Positions 37,927-47,475 of a stretch of DNA of 64,000 bases are shown in pieces. Position 1 is the first letter of the stretch, and every line of letters starts with the position of its first letter. The translations under genes were made by a program, and so were the position numbers. The stretch is from a virus. Its lineage: Duplodnaviria; Caudoviricetes. The notes under the pieces were generated by a model, which had not been told where the DNA came from, ran no database searches, and saw only the letters and a list, made by a program, of their open reading frames with translations. The DNA lies in the IMG/VR virus record IMGVR_UViG_3300042344_000236, positions 229-64,228 of that record. One strand, written 5' to 3'.

Positions 37927-39045
37927 ATGGAAGGAGAAATTAAAGTAAGGCTTGTAGATGCCGAAGAAAAATCAGTTGCTGAAGTAGAAGAACAACTACT
38001 AAAACAACATGAAGAATCTACAAACGCTACTAGTGAAACATCGGATACAGTAGAAACAACATCTGTTCCCGACACTGTAGAGACAATTATTACTGAAGAT
38101 AATTCGCCAACAATTGTTGACGATATTGATGATAATAAAGTTCTTTCATATATTGGTAAAAGGTACAATAGAGACATAAATAACTTAGATGAGTTATTTG
38201 AGCAGAGACAACAGAATGAGGAATTACCCGAAGATGTCTCTGCGTTTCTAAAGTATAAAAAAGAAACAGGACGTGGAATCGAAGATTTTATTCAATTGAA
38301 TAAGAACTACGATGAAATGGACGAGGAGTCTTTGCTTTTTGAATATCATCGAGAACAGAACCCAGAATTAGAACCAGAAGATATTCGGTTTGATGTATCT
38401 GAAAAGTTTAGTTACGATGAAGATTTTGATGATGAAAAAGAAATCAAAAAGAAAAAATTAGCAAAGAAAAAAGAGCTCTCAAAAGCTAAGAAATACTTTA
38501 ACGACCTAAAAGAGCAGTACAAAGTTCCACTTGAGTCAAGGGAATCGTTTGTTCAACAGGAAGATAAAGAAGAGTATGATGCTTATAAGAGATATAAAGA
38601 GTCCTCAAAGTCTGCGGAAGAAGACGGCAGAAAGAAAGCTGAGTACTTCTCTAAAAAAACTCAAGAACTTTTCTCTAATAATTTTGAAGGTTTCAAATTT
38701 AATTTAGATGAAAACAAGAAGTTGGTTTATAAACCTGGAGATCCAAAAGCTTTATTGCAAGAACAAAACGATTTGAGAAACTTTGTTTCACAATTTCTCG
38801 ATGACAATGGTTACCTTGCAGATGCTGAAGCATTCCATCGTTCAATTGCTATAGCTAAAAACCCAGATAAATTTGCTAAATTTTTCTATGAAAAAGGAAT
38901 GGCAGATGCGGTAGGTAGTGTTGCTAAAGAGTCTAAAAACATTGATATGACTCGACAGGCCACGCAGGTAACTCCAAGTGAGGGTATGAAGATTAGAGTA
39001 ATTGATCCAGACAGAGGAAGTAGATTAGTAATTAAAAAACGTTAA
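37927..39045 (+). CDS. Putative capsid scaffolding protein
   Basis: Acidic N-terminus, coiled coil, directly upstream of the capsid gene. Confidence 0.65.
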   Translation: MEGEIKVRLVDAEEKSVAEVEEQLLKQHEESTNATSETSDTVETTSVPDTVETIITEDNSPTIVDDIDDNKVLSYIGKRYNRDINNLDELFEQRQQNEELPEDVSAFLKYKKETGRGIEDFIQLNKNYDEMDEESLLFEYHREQNPELEPEDIRFDVSEKFSYDEDFDDEKEIKKKKLAKKKELSKAKKYFNDLKEQYKVPLESRESFVQQEDKEEYDAYKRYKESSKSAEEDGRKKAEYFSKKTQELFSNNFEGFKFNLDENKKLVYKPGDPKALLQEQNDLRNFVSQFLDDNGYLADAEAFHRSIAIAKNPDKFAKFFYEKGMADAVGSVAKESKNIDMTRQATQVTPSEGMKIRVIDPDRGSRLVIKKR

Positions 39046-39064
39046 ACTTTTAAACTTTTAAAAA

Positions 39065-40465
39065 ATGGCTGGTACATTATCAGTGAGCCCTGGAGTAAAT
39101 CTTACTCCTAGCTCAGTAAAGGCAACATTGCCTACAAATTATATTACAAATTTTGATTTCTTGAATCAGTATCTTCCTGATACTTATGAGCAAGAATTCG
39201 AGCGTTATGGAAACAGATCTATCGCATCTTTCTTGCGCATGGTTGGTGCTGAACTTCCTTCTAACTCTGACTTAATTAAATGGGCAGAACAAGGTCGTTT
39301 GCATACAAAATACACAGGATTGACTTATGGAGCTCTTTCTTCTGGAACTCAAACTTTTACACTAGCTTCTGGTACATGTGTGTTTAGAGTTGGTCAAACT
39401 GTATTCTTATCTTCAGAAAGCATATCTTCTGAATCAGAAAAAGCCATCATTACGACAGTAACTAGTAATACATTTACAGTTGCGTACTACAATAATGTTG
39501 CTACTACATTTACATCAGGTACTGTAACTGCATTTGTATATGGTTCTGAATTCGCAAAAGGAACAAACGGAATGGTAGGCTCTTTAGAGGCTGAAGATGA
39601 TTTCTTTGAATGTAAACCAGTTATTATTAAAGATAACTATACTGTATCTGGTTCTGATATGGCTCAAGTTGGTTGGGTTGAGGTTACTACTGAAAACGGG
39701 GCAACTGGTTACTACTGGTTCTTAAAGTCTGAGCACGAAACTCGTCTACGTTTTGAGGACTACCTTGAAATGATGATGGTTGAAGGCGTACCTGCTGCGT
39801 CTGGTTCAGCTGCTGAAGCCGCATTATCTACTTCAACTCCTGCTGTTGGTGTTGTTAATGCTGGTACTCAAGGTATGTTTGATACAATTGAAACTAGAGG
39901 AAATGTTTGGTCTGGTGGTAATCCATCTTCATTGGCTGACTTTGACACTATTATTCAAAGACTTGACAAGCAAGGTGCCATCGCAGAAAACGTATTGTTC
40001 TTGAATCGTCAGTTCTCTTTCGATATCGATGATATGTTAGCTGCTCAGAACTCTTACGGAGCTGGTGGCACTTCTTACGGTCTATTTGATAATAGCGAGG
40101 AGATGGCATTGAACCTTGGTTTCTCTGGATTTAAGAGAGGATACGAGTTCTACAAAACTGACTGGAAATACCTTAACGATGCAACTCTTCGTGGAGGTCT
40201 AGTTGGTGGTGTAATTAACGGTGTATTAGTTCCTGCTGGAACAATGACTGTATACGATCAAATTCTTGGTAAAAACGCTAGAAGACCATTCTTACATGTT
40301 CGTTACCGAGCTTCTGAAGCTGAAGATCGTAGATACAAAACTTGGATGACTGGTTCCGCAGGTGGTGCTGCAACTAGCGACCTCGATGCAATGCAAGTAA
40401 ACTTCTTGTCAGAGAGAGCTCTTTGTACACTAGGTGCTAACAACTTCGTTATCTTCAAGGGATAA
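39065..40465 (+). CDS. Major capsid protein
   Basis: 466 aa; IKWAEQGRLH, GSEFAKGT, FLSERALC..GANNF; strong codon bias; terminator follows. Confidence 0.85.
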   Translation: MAGTLSVSPGVNLTPSSVKATLPTNYITNFDFLNQYLPDTYEQEFERYGNRSIASFLRMVGAELPSNSDLIKWAEQGRLHTKYTGLTYGALSSGTQTFTLASGTCVFRVGQTVFLSSESISSESEKAIITTVTSNTFTVAYYNNVATTFTSGTVTAFVYGSEFAKGTNGMVGSLEAEDDFFECKPVIIKDNYTVSGSDMAQVGWVEVTTENGATGYYWFLKSEHETRLRFEDYLEMMMVEGVPAASGSAAEAALSTSTPAVGVVNAGTQGMFDTIETRGNVWSGGNPSSLADFDTIIQRLDKQGAIAENVLFLNRQFSFDIDDMLAAQNSYGAGGTSYGLFDNSEEMALNLGFSGFKRGYEFYKTDWKYLNDATLRGGLVGGVINGVLVPAGTMTVYDQILGKNARRPFLHVRYRASEAEDRRYKTWMTGSAGGAATSDLDAMQVNFLSERALCTLGANNFVIFKG

Positions 40466-40476
40466 TTGAAAAAATT

Positions 40477-40504
40477 GGGAGGGGCCTAGTGCCTCTCCCT
40501 TTTT
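40477..40504 (+). terminator. Intrinsic terminator after capsid gene
   Basis: GGGAGGGGC-CTAGT-GCCTCTCCC plus T5. Confidence 0.8.
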
Positions 40505-40530
40505 ATTATTAATAAATTAAATTATATCAA

Positions 40531-41295
40531 ATGAAAACAACAAGAAAATCTGTATTAGAACCAAAAGATAGAGTCTATATCTTAAGGTCAGCAAAAACCC
40601 CATTAACTTATTTTTTAGCATCAAGAGATACACCTAGAAAAAGGTTATTACACTATGATGAGGAAACTAATTCTAATAGACCTCTTCGTTATGCTAGAAA
40701 TTCAAATTCACCATTTCAAGATGAACAAGGAGATAATGTAATAATAGAACCAATTGTATTTGAAGATGGAGTATTAAAAGTTCCAAAAACTAATCCAGTG
40801 CTTCAGGAATTCTTATATTATCATCCTGGAAATGGAAATGAATTTTATGAATTTGATAAAGAAAAAGACGCTCAAATAGACATAAAGAAGATGTATGATG
40901 AGCTTGATGCTCAGTTGATTGCTAGAGAAATGTCATTTGATGAGTTAGAGCCAATTGCAAGATTATTATTAGGTGGATCTATTGATAGCATGAAAACATC
41001 AGAAGTTAGAAGAGACATGATGATTTATGCTAAAAGATATCCTCAAGACTTTATGGAAGCAGTAAACGACCCAGGTATTAAAGTAACAAGTTTTGCGGCT
41101 AGAGCATTATCTGATGGATATTTATCATTTAGAAATAATAAGAAGGAGATTTATTTCAATCTTAAGGATAATAAAAAGAAACTACTTACCGTTCCTTATG
41201 GTGAAGATCCAGTGTATTTATTGTCTGCTTATTTACAATCAGATGAGGGATTAGATTTATACAAGTTTTTAGAAAATAAATTTTCTGAAAATTAG
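40531..41295 (+). CDS. Conserved virion-module protein
   Basis: Position after the capsid gene, as in crAss-like modules. Confidence 0.6.
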   Translation: MKTTRKSVLEPKDRVYILRSAKTPLTYFLASRDTPRKRLLHYDEETNSNRPLRYARNSNSPFQDEQGDNVIIEPIVFEDGVLKVPKTNPVLQEFLYYHPGNGNEFYEFDKEKDAQIDIKKMYDELDAQLIAREMSFDELEPIARLLLGGSIDSMKTSEVRRDMMIYAKRYPQDFMEAVNDPGIKVTSFAARALSDGYLSFRNNKKEIYFNLKDNKKKLLTVPYGEDPVYLLSAYLQSDEGLDLYKFLENKFSEN

Positions 41296-41334
41296 TATAT
41301 TTGTAGCATTATTCACCCATTAATTTTTTACAAA

Positions 41335-41619
41335 ATGGAAAAGTTTTTATCTATCCCAGTTACTAACGAGCAAAATCAATTAGTGTCTTGCACAGACATT
41401 AAATTAATTGAGCAAAGTTCATCTACTACAGTTGTTATCACTTATGGTGGTGGTAAAGAAACTACAATTACTCACGCAACAGACCCAACAGCTGGATCAG
41501 AAGCAATGCGTGACGCTATTCAAAATGCAGTTATTGCAGCTCTTCAAACTGCATGGGCTCAACCAGCTTACACTGTATCTGGTTTACCATTAGCTGTATC
41601 TGGTATTGCTATTGCATAA
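41335..41619 (+). CDS. Small putative capsid decoration protein
   Basis: Own promoter and terminator; A/T/V-rich; capsid-like codon bias. Confidence 0.5.
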   Translation: MEKFLSIPVTNEQNQLVSCTDIKLIEQSSSTTVVITYGGGKETTITHATDPTAGSEAMRDAIQNAVIAALQTAWAQPAYTVSGLPLAVSGIAIA

Positions 41620-41638
41620 TAGTAATTAATTCATTAAG

Positions 41639-41667
41639 AAAGGCACTCTCACAAAGTGCCTTTTTTT
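41639..41667 (+). terminator. Intrinsic terminator
   Basis: AAAGGCACT-CTCACAA-AGTGCCTTT plus T-tract. Confidence 0.75.
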
Positions 41668-41692
41668 ATTTATCTTTGTAAAAAGCATTCCT

Positions 41693-42448
41693 ATGATTAA
41701 CGAGGTTCGTAATAGCGTTATGTTTATATTGAACAAAGATAATAGGGGATATATAACCCCTATGGAGTTCAATGCTTACGCTAGACAGGCACAATTAGAT
41801 ATATTTCAAAAGTATATGTATGATTATAGCAACGCTATAGTCAAACAGAATGCTCGTTATCACGGAGAAGGTTACTCAAATATAGCACAAAGAATTTCAG
41901 AGGTAATAGATAGGCTTTCTGAGTATGATACGCTTCAGTATAATGCGCTTGGAGCAAACGTTAAAGTTCCAATTAACTGTTATTATATTGAGAAAGTAGT
42001 ATACAACAATAGTGTTGAAGTAAATAGGGTAGATCATAGTAAGATACTTAATCTTATAAATTCTAATTTGACAGCTCCTACAGCTGATTATCCAGCATAT
42101 ATTTTGACTTCAGATGTTTCTGTTGGTCCAACTACATATACTCCAGGAGTTTTAACCGTATATCCTAACTCATTAATGAATATCGTTAGTGCGCCTACTG
42201 CCACCAATTTACAGATTAGATACGTTAGACAACCATATGATCCTAACTGGACTTACACAACAATTGCTGGTGGAGAGCCAATATTTGACTCGACAAACGC
42301 TCAGTTTCAAGACTTTGAGTTGCCATATGATGAGTTACCTAATTTGGTAACCAAGATACTACAATACTCTGGTCTTTCTATAAGAGAAAGTGAAGTTGTA
42401 CAGGATGCTAAGGCAGAGGAATTACAAACATTACAACAAACTCAGTAA
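41693..42448 (+). CDS. Tail ring/adaptor (tubular) protein
   Basis: NKDNRGYITPMEFN..A..AQ; YVRQP.DP.W; FELP...LV.KIL.Y.G. Confidence 0.7.
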   Translation: MINEVRNSVMFILNKDNRGYITPMEFNAYARQAQLDIFQKYMYDYSNAIVKQNARYHGEGYSNIAQRISEVIDRLSEYDTLQYNALGANVKVPINCYYIEKVVYNNSVEVNRVDHSKILNLINSNLTAPTADYPAYILTSDVSVGPTTYTPGVLTVYPNSLMNIVSAPTATNLQIRYVRQPYDPNWTYTTIAGGEPIFDSTNAQFQDFELPYDELPNLVTKILQYSGLSIRESEVVQDAKAEELQTLQQTQ

Positions 42449-42451
42449 GAA

Positions 42452-43360
42452 ATGTCATACATAACTAATTATCAATATTACACCAATAATGGTACGGTTC
42501 CTCAAGACGCTAACTGGGGTAGTTATCAGTATGTTACTCTAAAAGACATAATTAACAACTTTATGTTAATGTATGTTGGTAATGATAAGTTGGTAAACAA
42601 CGTTGAAATATATACAGTCAGGTTCCACGCCAAAAGAGCGATACAAGAAATAAACTATGACGCATTAAGAAATATAAAAGTCATGGAGTTAGAACTTGGA
42701 GAACAACTCAAAATGGTTCTTCCTCCAGACTATATAAACTATGTTAGAATATCATTGTTAAAGGGTAACGTATTAATTCCTTTAGTGGAAAGTCGTAATG
42801 CGATAACAGCAAACGCATACTTGCAAGACAATAATCTTGACATTATTTTTGACTCCAATGGTGAAGTTGTTACAGGGACATCTAAGCTAGATATACTAAG
42901 ACAAGACAAGCAGTTATACACTGGAGCAGGACCGTATAATGGATACTATGGATGGGCATACGAAGGAGATTGGTATTTTGGATACAACGTGGGTAGTCGT
43001 TTTGGTTTAAACACCGAAGACGCAAACCAAAATCCTCGTTTCACAATCAACAAAGCTGCTGGCGTAATTGATTTTACTAGTGGAGTTGAATATGGTAAAA
43101 TTGTTTTAGAATATATATCAGATGGAATGGAAAACGGTGATGACTCTAAAATAAGCATAAACAAGTTAGCAGAGGAGTACATATATTCATACCTAAAGTG
43201 GGCTATACTTAACAACAAGACTGGTGTTCAAGAATACGCAATAAGAAGGGCTAGAGATGAGAAATCTGCCAACCTAAGAAACGCAAAAATAAGATTAAGT
43301 AACATGCATCCGTCTAGACTCTTGATGAGCTTAAGGGGTAGAGACAAATGGATTAAATAG
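42452..43360 (+). CDS. Tail ring/structural protein
   Basis: LPPDYINYVRIS; IVLEYISDG. Confidence 0.7.
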   Translation: MSYITNYQYYTNNGTVPQDANWGSYQYVTLKDIINNFMLMYVGNDKLVNNVEIYTVRFHAKRAIQEINYDALRNIKVMELELGEQLKMVLPPDYINYVRISLLKGNVLIPLVESRNAITANAYLQDNNLDIIFDSNGEVVTGTSKLDILRQDKQLYTGAGPYNGYYGWAYEGDWYFGYNVGSRFGLNTEDANQNPRFTINKAAGVIDFTSGVEYGKIVLEYISDGMENGDDSKISINKLAEEYIYSYLKWAILNNKTGVQEYAIRRARDEKSANLRNAKIRLSNMHPSRLLMSLRGRDKWIK

Positions 43361-43362
43361 TT

Positions 43363-46300
43363 ATGGCTGAAATTAGTAGAACATTTCAAAAGGGAGTAAT
43401 GAATCAAGACCTCGATGAGAGGTTATTGCCCAATGGTTATTATCGATATGCTAAAAATATAACTGTAAATAGTTATGCGGCAGGAGATGTAGGTGCAATA
43501 CAGAACGCCTATGGGAATTCTTTAAGCGGTGTAACGCCTCAATTTCCTAATGGAACACCAATATCCGCACTTGTTACGTCAGCTACTATTACAAATCCCA
43601 TTGTTATTGGTGCAATCGCTTATGAACCAAAAAATCTAATTTATTGGCTTGTTACTTGCGATGAATTTGATGCAATATTTGAGCATAATGTATTAAGTCA
43701 ACAGACAGTAAGGGTATTACAATGCTCTAAACCAAGCCCAGGAAGTCCGCTTAATTTTAGTCCCGATTATATTGTGACAGGGATAAACTATATAGAAGGT
43801 CAGGATAACAATAATTATTTATTTTGGACTGACAATTATAATCCACCAAGAAGAATCAATATAAATAGATGTAAAGGATATACAGCTGATGATCCATCAA
43901 TAGCTAATGACATAAGCGTTATAATGGCTCCTCCGTTAAATGCACCTTACATTATAATGTCTCAGGACAATAACCCTGACTCTACTAACTTAAAAGAAAA
44001 GTTTGTTTATTTTTCTTATCGTTATAAATATACTGACAATGAGTACAGTTCGTTAGCACCTTTTTCAGCGGTTGGATTTAAGGCTGGTAATTTTGGAATA
44101 GATTACGAGACTGGAGATAATCTTGGTATGGTGAACAACATAAATAGAGTTGACATATATTTTGAAACTGGGAATGAGTTTGTAAAAGAAATACAACTAG
44201 TTGTAAGAGATACAAGAAGCTTAAACGTAATGATTATTGAGTCTTTTAACAAAGATGAACTAAGCATATCTGATAACACTACATACTCATTTACATTTAG
44301 AAATAACAAGATATATTCAACGTTACCAAGTGATCAAGTAACAAGATTGTTTGATAATGTTCCACTAAAAGCTTTATCTCAAGATATTATTGGAAACAGA
44401 TTGATATATGGAAACTACTTGCAATTTAGAAATATATCTGATTGTAATAATGTAGATATAAAGATTGATTTTACGGTAAATTATTTTTCTGTCCCTGTTA
44501 CTGGAACGGCTCCGCTAAGATCTTTTAGAAGTGATAGAGATTATGAGATAGGTATAGTCTATACTGATGAGTACGGGAGAATGACTACGGTTATTACGCC
44601 TCCACTAAGCAATTCAAATAATAATCTAAGTAATGCTGTATACATACCTCCTACACAATCTAACTATGCGAATAGTTTACATGTTGAAATAAAACATGCC
44701 CCTCCTTGTTGGGCCACAAATTACAGACTAGTTTTAAAACAAAGCAAAAAAGATTATTACAATATATTTCCTAGATTATATGTTAACCAAGGTCTTTTTA
44801 GATATTTTTTAATTAATGAATCAGATAGAGATAAATTTGGTGTTGGCGATTATATAATTATAAAAAAGGGAGCACCTACCACGCCTACATACTCAAATAG
44901 ACAATATAAAATATTGGAAGTTGAGATGAAGCAAGCTGGATTTAATAATATAACAAATGCCCCAGCAGGATTATATTTTAAAATAAAAATTGAGGCTAAC
45001 GACACATCTATATTACCAGTAAATAGTTCTCAAATTTATACCAATACAACTCAAGGTACAAATCAAATATTACCTACTAATTGTAGTGTAGGAAATCAAA
45101 GAAATTCTGTAACTGCATTAGTAAATGACCCTAGTGTTAATGCTTTTTATGGATATACATCAAAACCAGTATTTTATGGTTCATTATCATCAGATGCTAC
45201 AGCACTTTCAACTACCATAACATCATCATTCACTGGTAATACATCGCCAGGAGTTAATTTACCAATTCCTAGTAATCAAATAAATAAAAGATATTTTTAT
45301 GGTAAGGATTTAAGATATACGATAGAAATAAAACCAGGTAATAAATTTAATTATACTGTAGACTTATTTGGTGTTTCCAACTGGATAGAAGTAAACGATA
45401 TACCAATAGTAGTTGGTCAAGTTTATAGAATATTAACACCTACTGGAGTAGGATATGGGTCATTTCCAGGTTTAACTCTAAACAATACAGCTAATAATGC
45501 TGCATTTTTTATACAATTTAACAGTAATAATTTTGCCGTAGGAGATAAATGGAAAGTTGGAGGTAGAACAAATAAGCCATTTCTTGGTTCATCATCTTCA
45601 TGGGGAGCTAATTATTTTGGATCATCTTCAATAACACATTCAAGTGTATATGATTATACTGAAGGATTAAATGGAGGTATGGCGGTATTGTCTGGTGTAT
45701 TTTCTGGTCCAGTATATGCTGGAGCACAAATAACAATTCAAGTATTAAATGATAGACATAATAATAATGCATACGCTTCTCCACAGACATTCACTTCTCC
45801 TCAACAATATGAAAATATAGAGGAATGGTTTGTTGAGTCAGGTGCTTGGACATCGTTTATATCTAAAGGAGCTAATAACAATAGCAATAATCAAGGAGCA
45901 AAACCAATTTGGTTTCGAGAAACAACAGGGCCGTTATTGCAGATTAATCCTAATAATGGAAGTCAGACAAATCAAATAATTTATAATCCAACTTCACAAA
46001 GAGTTTCAATGTTTATGATGGGTTATGGAAATAGAGATGGATGTAAACAAAATTTATTTGAAGTTAAATTTAGTATTAATCAAATTACTCCATCTAAATC
46101 AATAATTTGTGAAACTGTACCCATAGAAACAGATGTAGATATATTTCATGAACTATCTAGAACTTATCCTATTAAGAATGGTAAACACATATCTAGATGG
46201 TATTTTGATGTCAGACAACCAGGTCCTCTTCTATCTACTAGATTAAAACAGACTAGTAAGGAGTGGGCTCATTACTTCAGTATTGGTGATGTTATATATC

Positions 46301-47472
46301 TTAACACAAATGGTGTATCGTCAATTACCGCATATTCTGTTACAGGTATAAACGATAGATACTCTATAGATATATTCCCAGCTATATCAACATCTCCATC
46401 TTTCCCTGGAAGTGTTGCATACACAACATACGAGCAAGACCAAACATCTGTAACAAATCCAGCTAAGATTCAACTAAACTATCCTGAGTACTCTAATGGA
46501 GATTTCAATGCGTTCACTTATTCGTCTGGATTAGAAACCTATAGAATAAAAGATGGATTCAATCAGCCCACAATGGAGTATAGTATAAGAACTACAACTT
46601 TAATTGAGGACTACGAAGAGGAACACAAGTTTGCATCATTAACATATAGTGGTGTTTTTCAGGCTACTACTTCTCTAAATAGATTAAACGAATTTAATTT
46701 ATCGCTAGCAAACTTTAAAAATTTAGATAAAAGATATGGTAGCGTACAAAAGTTAAAGGCTAGAGATACTGATTTATTAACGTTACATCAAGATAAAGTT
46801 ACATCAGTTCTGTATGGTAAAAACTTATTGTATGATGCTGTTGGAGGAAGTCAGATAGCATCTATACCAGAGGTTCTTGGAAATCAGGTAGCGTATCCAG
46901 GAGAGTATGGAATAAGCGATAATCCAGAGAGTTTTGCTACATGGGGGGATGTTTGTTACTTTGCTGATGAAAAAAGAGGTTCTGTTTTAAAGTTAGTAGG
47001 AACTGAAGTTATTCCTATATCTAATCAAGGAATGGGTTCATTTTGGATTGACACTATGAAATATAATCCTACTAACTATAAGTTTGGTGGTTTTGATCCT
47101 TACAATGGAACATATGTTCTTAGTGTTTCATCTAGATTAAAAGAATCATGTGATCTTAATTTAGTTCCAACTATTAAGAGTGTAAATTCAAGCGTATCGG
47201 TTGGAGCCGTGTTTATGTTTTCAATAAATAGCATGACTAGTTGGTCTATTTCTATAGAAGATAATGGATTTGGAACTAGCTGGGTAAATTGTCAAACAAT
47301 AAGCGGTTCATACTCTCAATTTATATATGCAGTTTATTCCTCTAATCCATCAAACGCACCTAGAAGCGTTATATTTAGAGTAACATATTGTAACAACTTA
47401 ACAAAAGACTTTATATTAACTCAAGGAGGAGTAAGTGCTCCAATTCAATTAATACCACTAATAAACGGATAA
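43363..47472 (+). CDS. Tail nozzle/stabilisation protein with C-terminal BACON-like domain
   Basis: GVMNQDLDERLLPNG.Y..A.N start; LFWTDNYNPPRRIN; GNRLIYGNY; YGIS.NPESFA; C-terminal W..W..G..N..R..TQ. Confidence 0.75.
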   Translation: MAEISRTFQKGVMNQDLDERLLPNGYYRYAKNITVNSYAAGDVGAIQNAYGNSLSGVTPQFPNGTPISALVTSATITNPIVIGAIAYEPKNLIYWLVTCDEFDAIFEHNVLSQQTVRVLQCSKPSPGSPLNFSPDYIVTGINYIEGQDNNNYLFWTDNYNPPRRININRCKGYTADDPSIANDISVIMAPPLNAPYIIMSQDNNPDSTNLKEKFVYFSYRYKYTDNEYSSLAPFSAVGFKAGNFGIDYETGDNLGMVNNINRVDIYFETGNEFVKEIQLVVRDTRSLNVMIIESFNKDELSISDNTTYSFTFRNNKIYSTLPSDQVTRLFDNVPLKALSQDIIGNRLIYGNYLQFRNISDCNNVDIKIDFTVNYFSVPVTGTAPLRSFRSDRDYEIGIVYTDEYGRMTTVITPPLSNSNNNLSNAVYIPPTQSNYANSLHVEIKHAPPCWATNYRLVLKQSKKDYYNIFPRLYVNQGLFRYFLINESDRDKFGVGDYIIIKKGAPTTPTYSNRQYKILEVEMKQAGFNNITNAPAGLYFKIKIEANDTSILPVNSSQIYTNTTQGTNQILPTNCSVGNQRNSVTALVNDPSVNAFYGYTSKPVFYGSLSSDATALSTTITSSFTGNTSPGVNLPIPSNQINKRYFYGKDLRYTIEIKPGNKFNYTVDLFGVSNWIEVNDIPIVVGQVYRILTPTGVGYGSFPGLTLNNTANNAAFFIQFNSNNFAVGDKWKVGGRTNKPFLGSSSSWGANYFGSSSITHSSVYDYTEGLNGGMAVLSGVFSGPVYAGAQITIQVLNDRHNNNAYASPQTFTSPQQYENIEEWFVESGAWTSFISKGANNNSNNQGAKPIWFRETTGPLLQINPNNGSQTNQIIYNPTSQRVSMFMMGYGNRDGCKQNLFEVKFSINQITPSKSIICETVPIETDVDIFHELSRTYPIKNGKHISRWYFDVRQPGPLLSTRLKQTSKEWAHYFSIGDVIYLNTNGVSSITAYSVTGINDRYSIDIFPAISTSPSFPGSVAYTTYEQDQTSVTNPAKIQLNYPEYSNGDFNAFTYSSGLETYRIKDGFNQPTMEYSIRTTTLIEDYEEEHKFASLTYSGVFQATTSLNRLNEFNLSLANFKNLDKRYGSVQKLKARDTDLLTLHQDKVTSVLYGKNLLYDAVGGSQIASIPEVLGNQVAYPGEYGISDNPESFATWGDVCYFADEKRGSVLKLVGTEVIPISNQGMGSFWIDTMKYNPTNYKFGGFDPYNGTYVLSVSSRLKESCDLNLVPTIKSVNSSVSVGAVFMFSINSMTSWSISIEDNGFGTSWVNCQTISGSYSQFIYAVYSSNPSNAPRSVIFRVTYCNNLTKDFILTQGGVSAPIQLIPLING

Positions 47473-47475
47473 GAT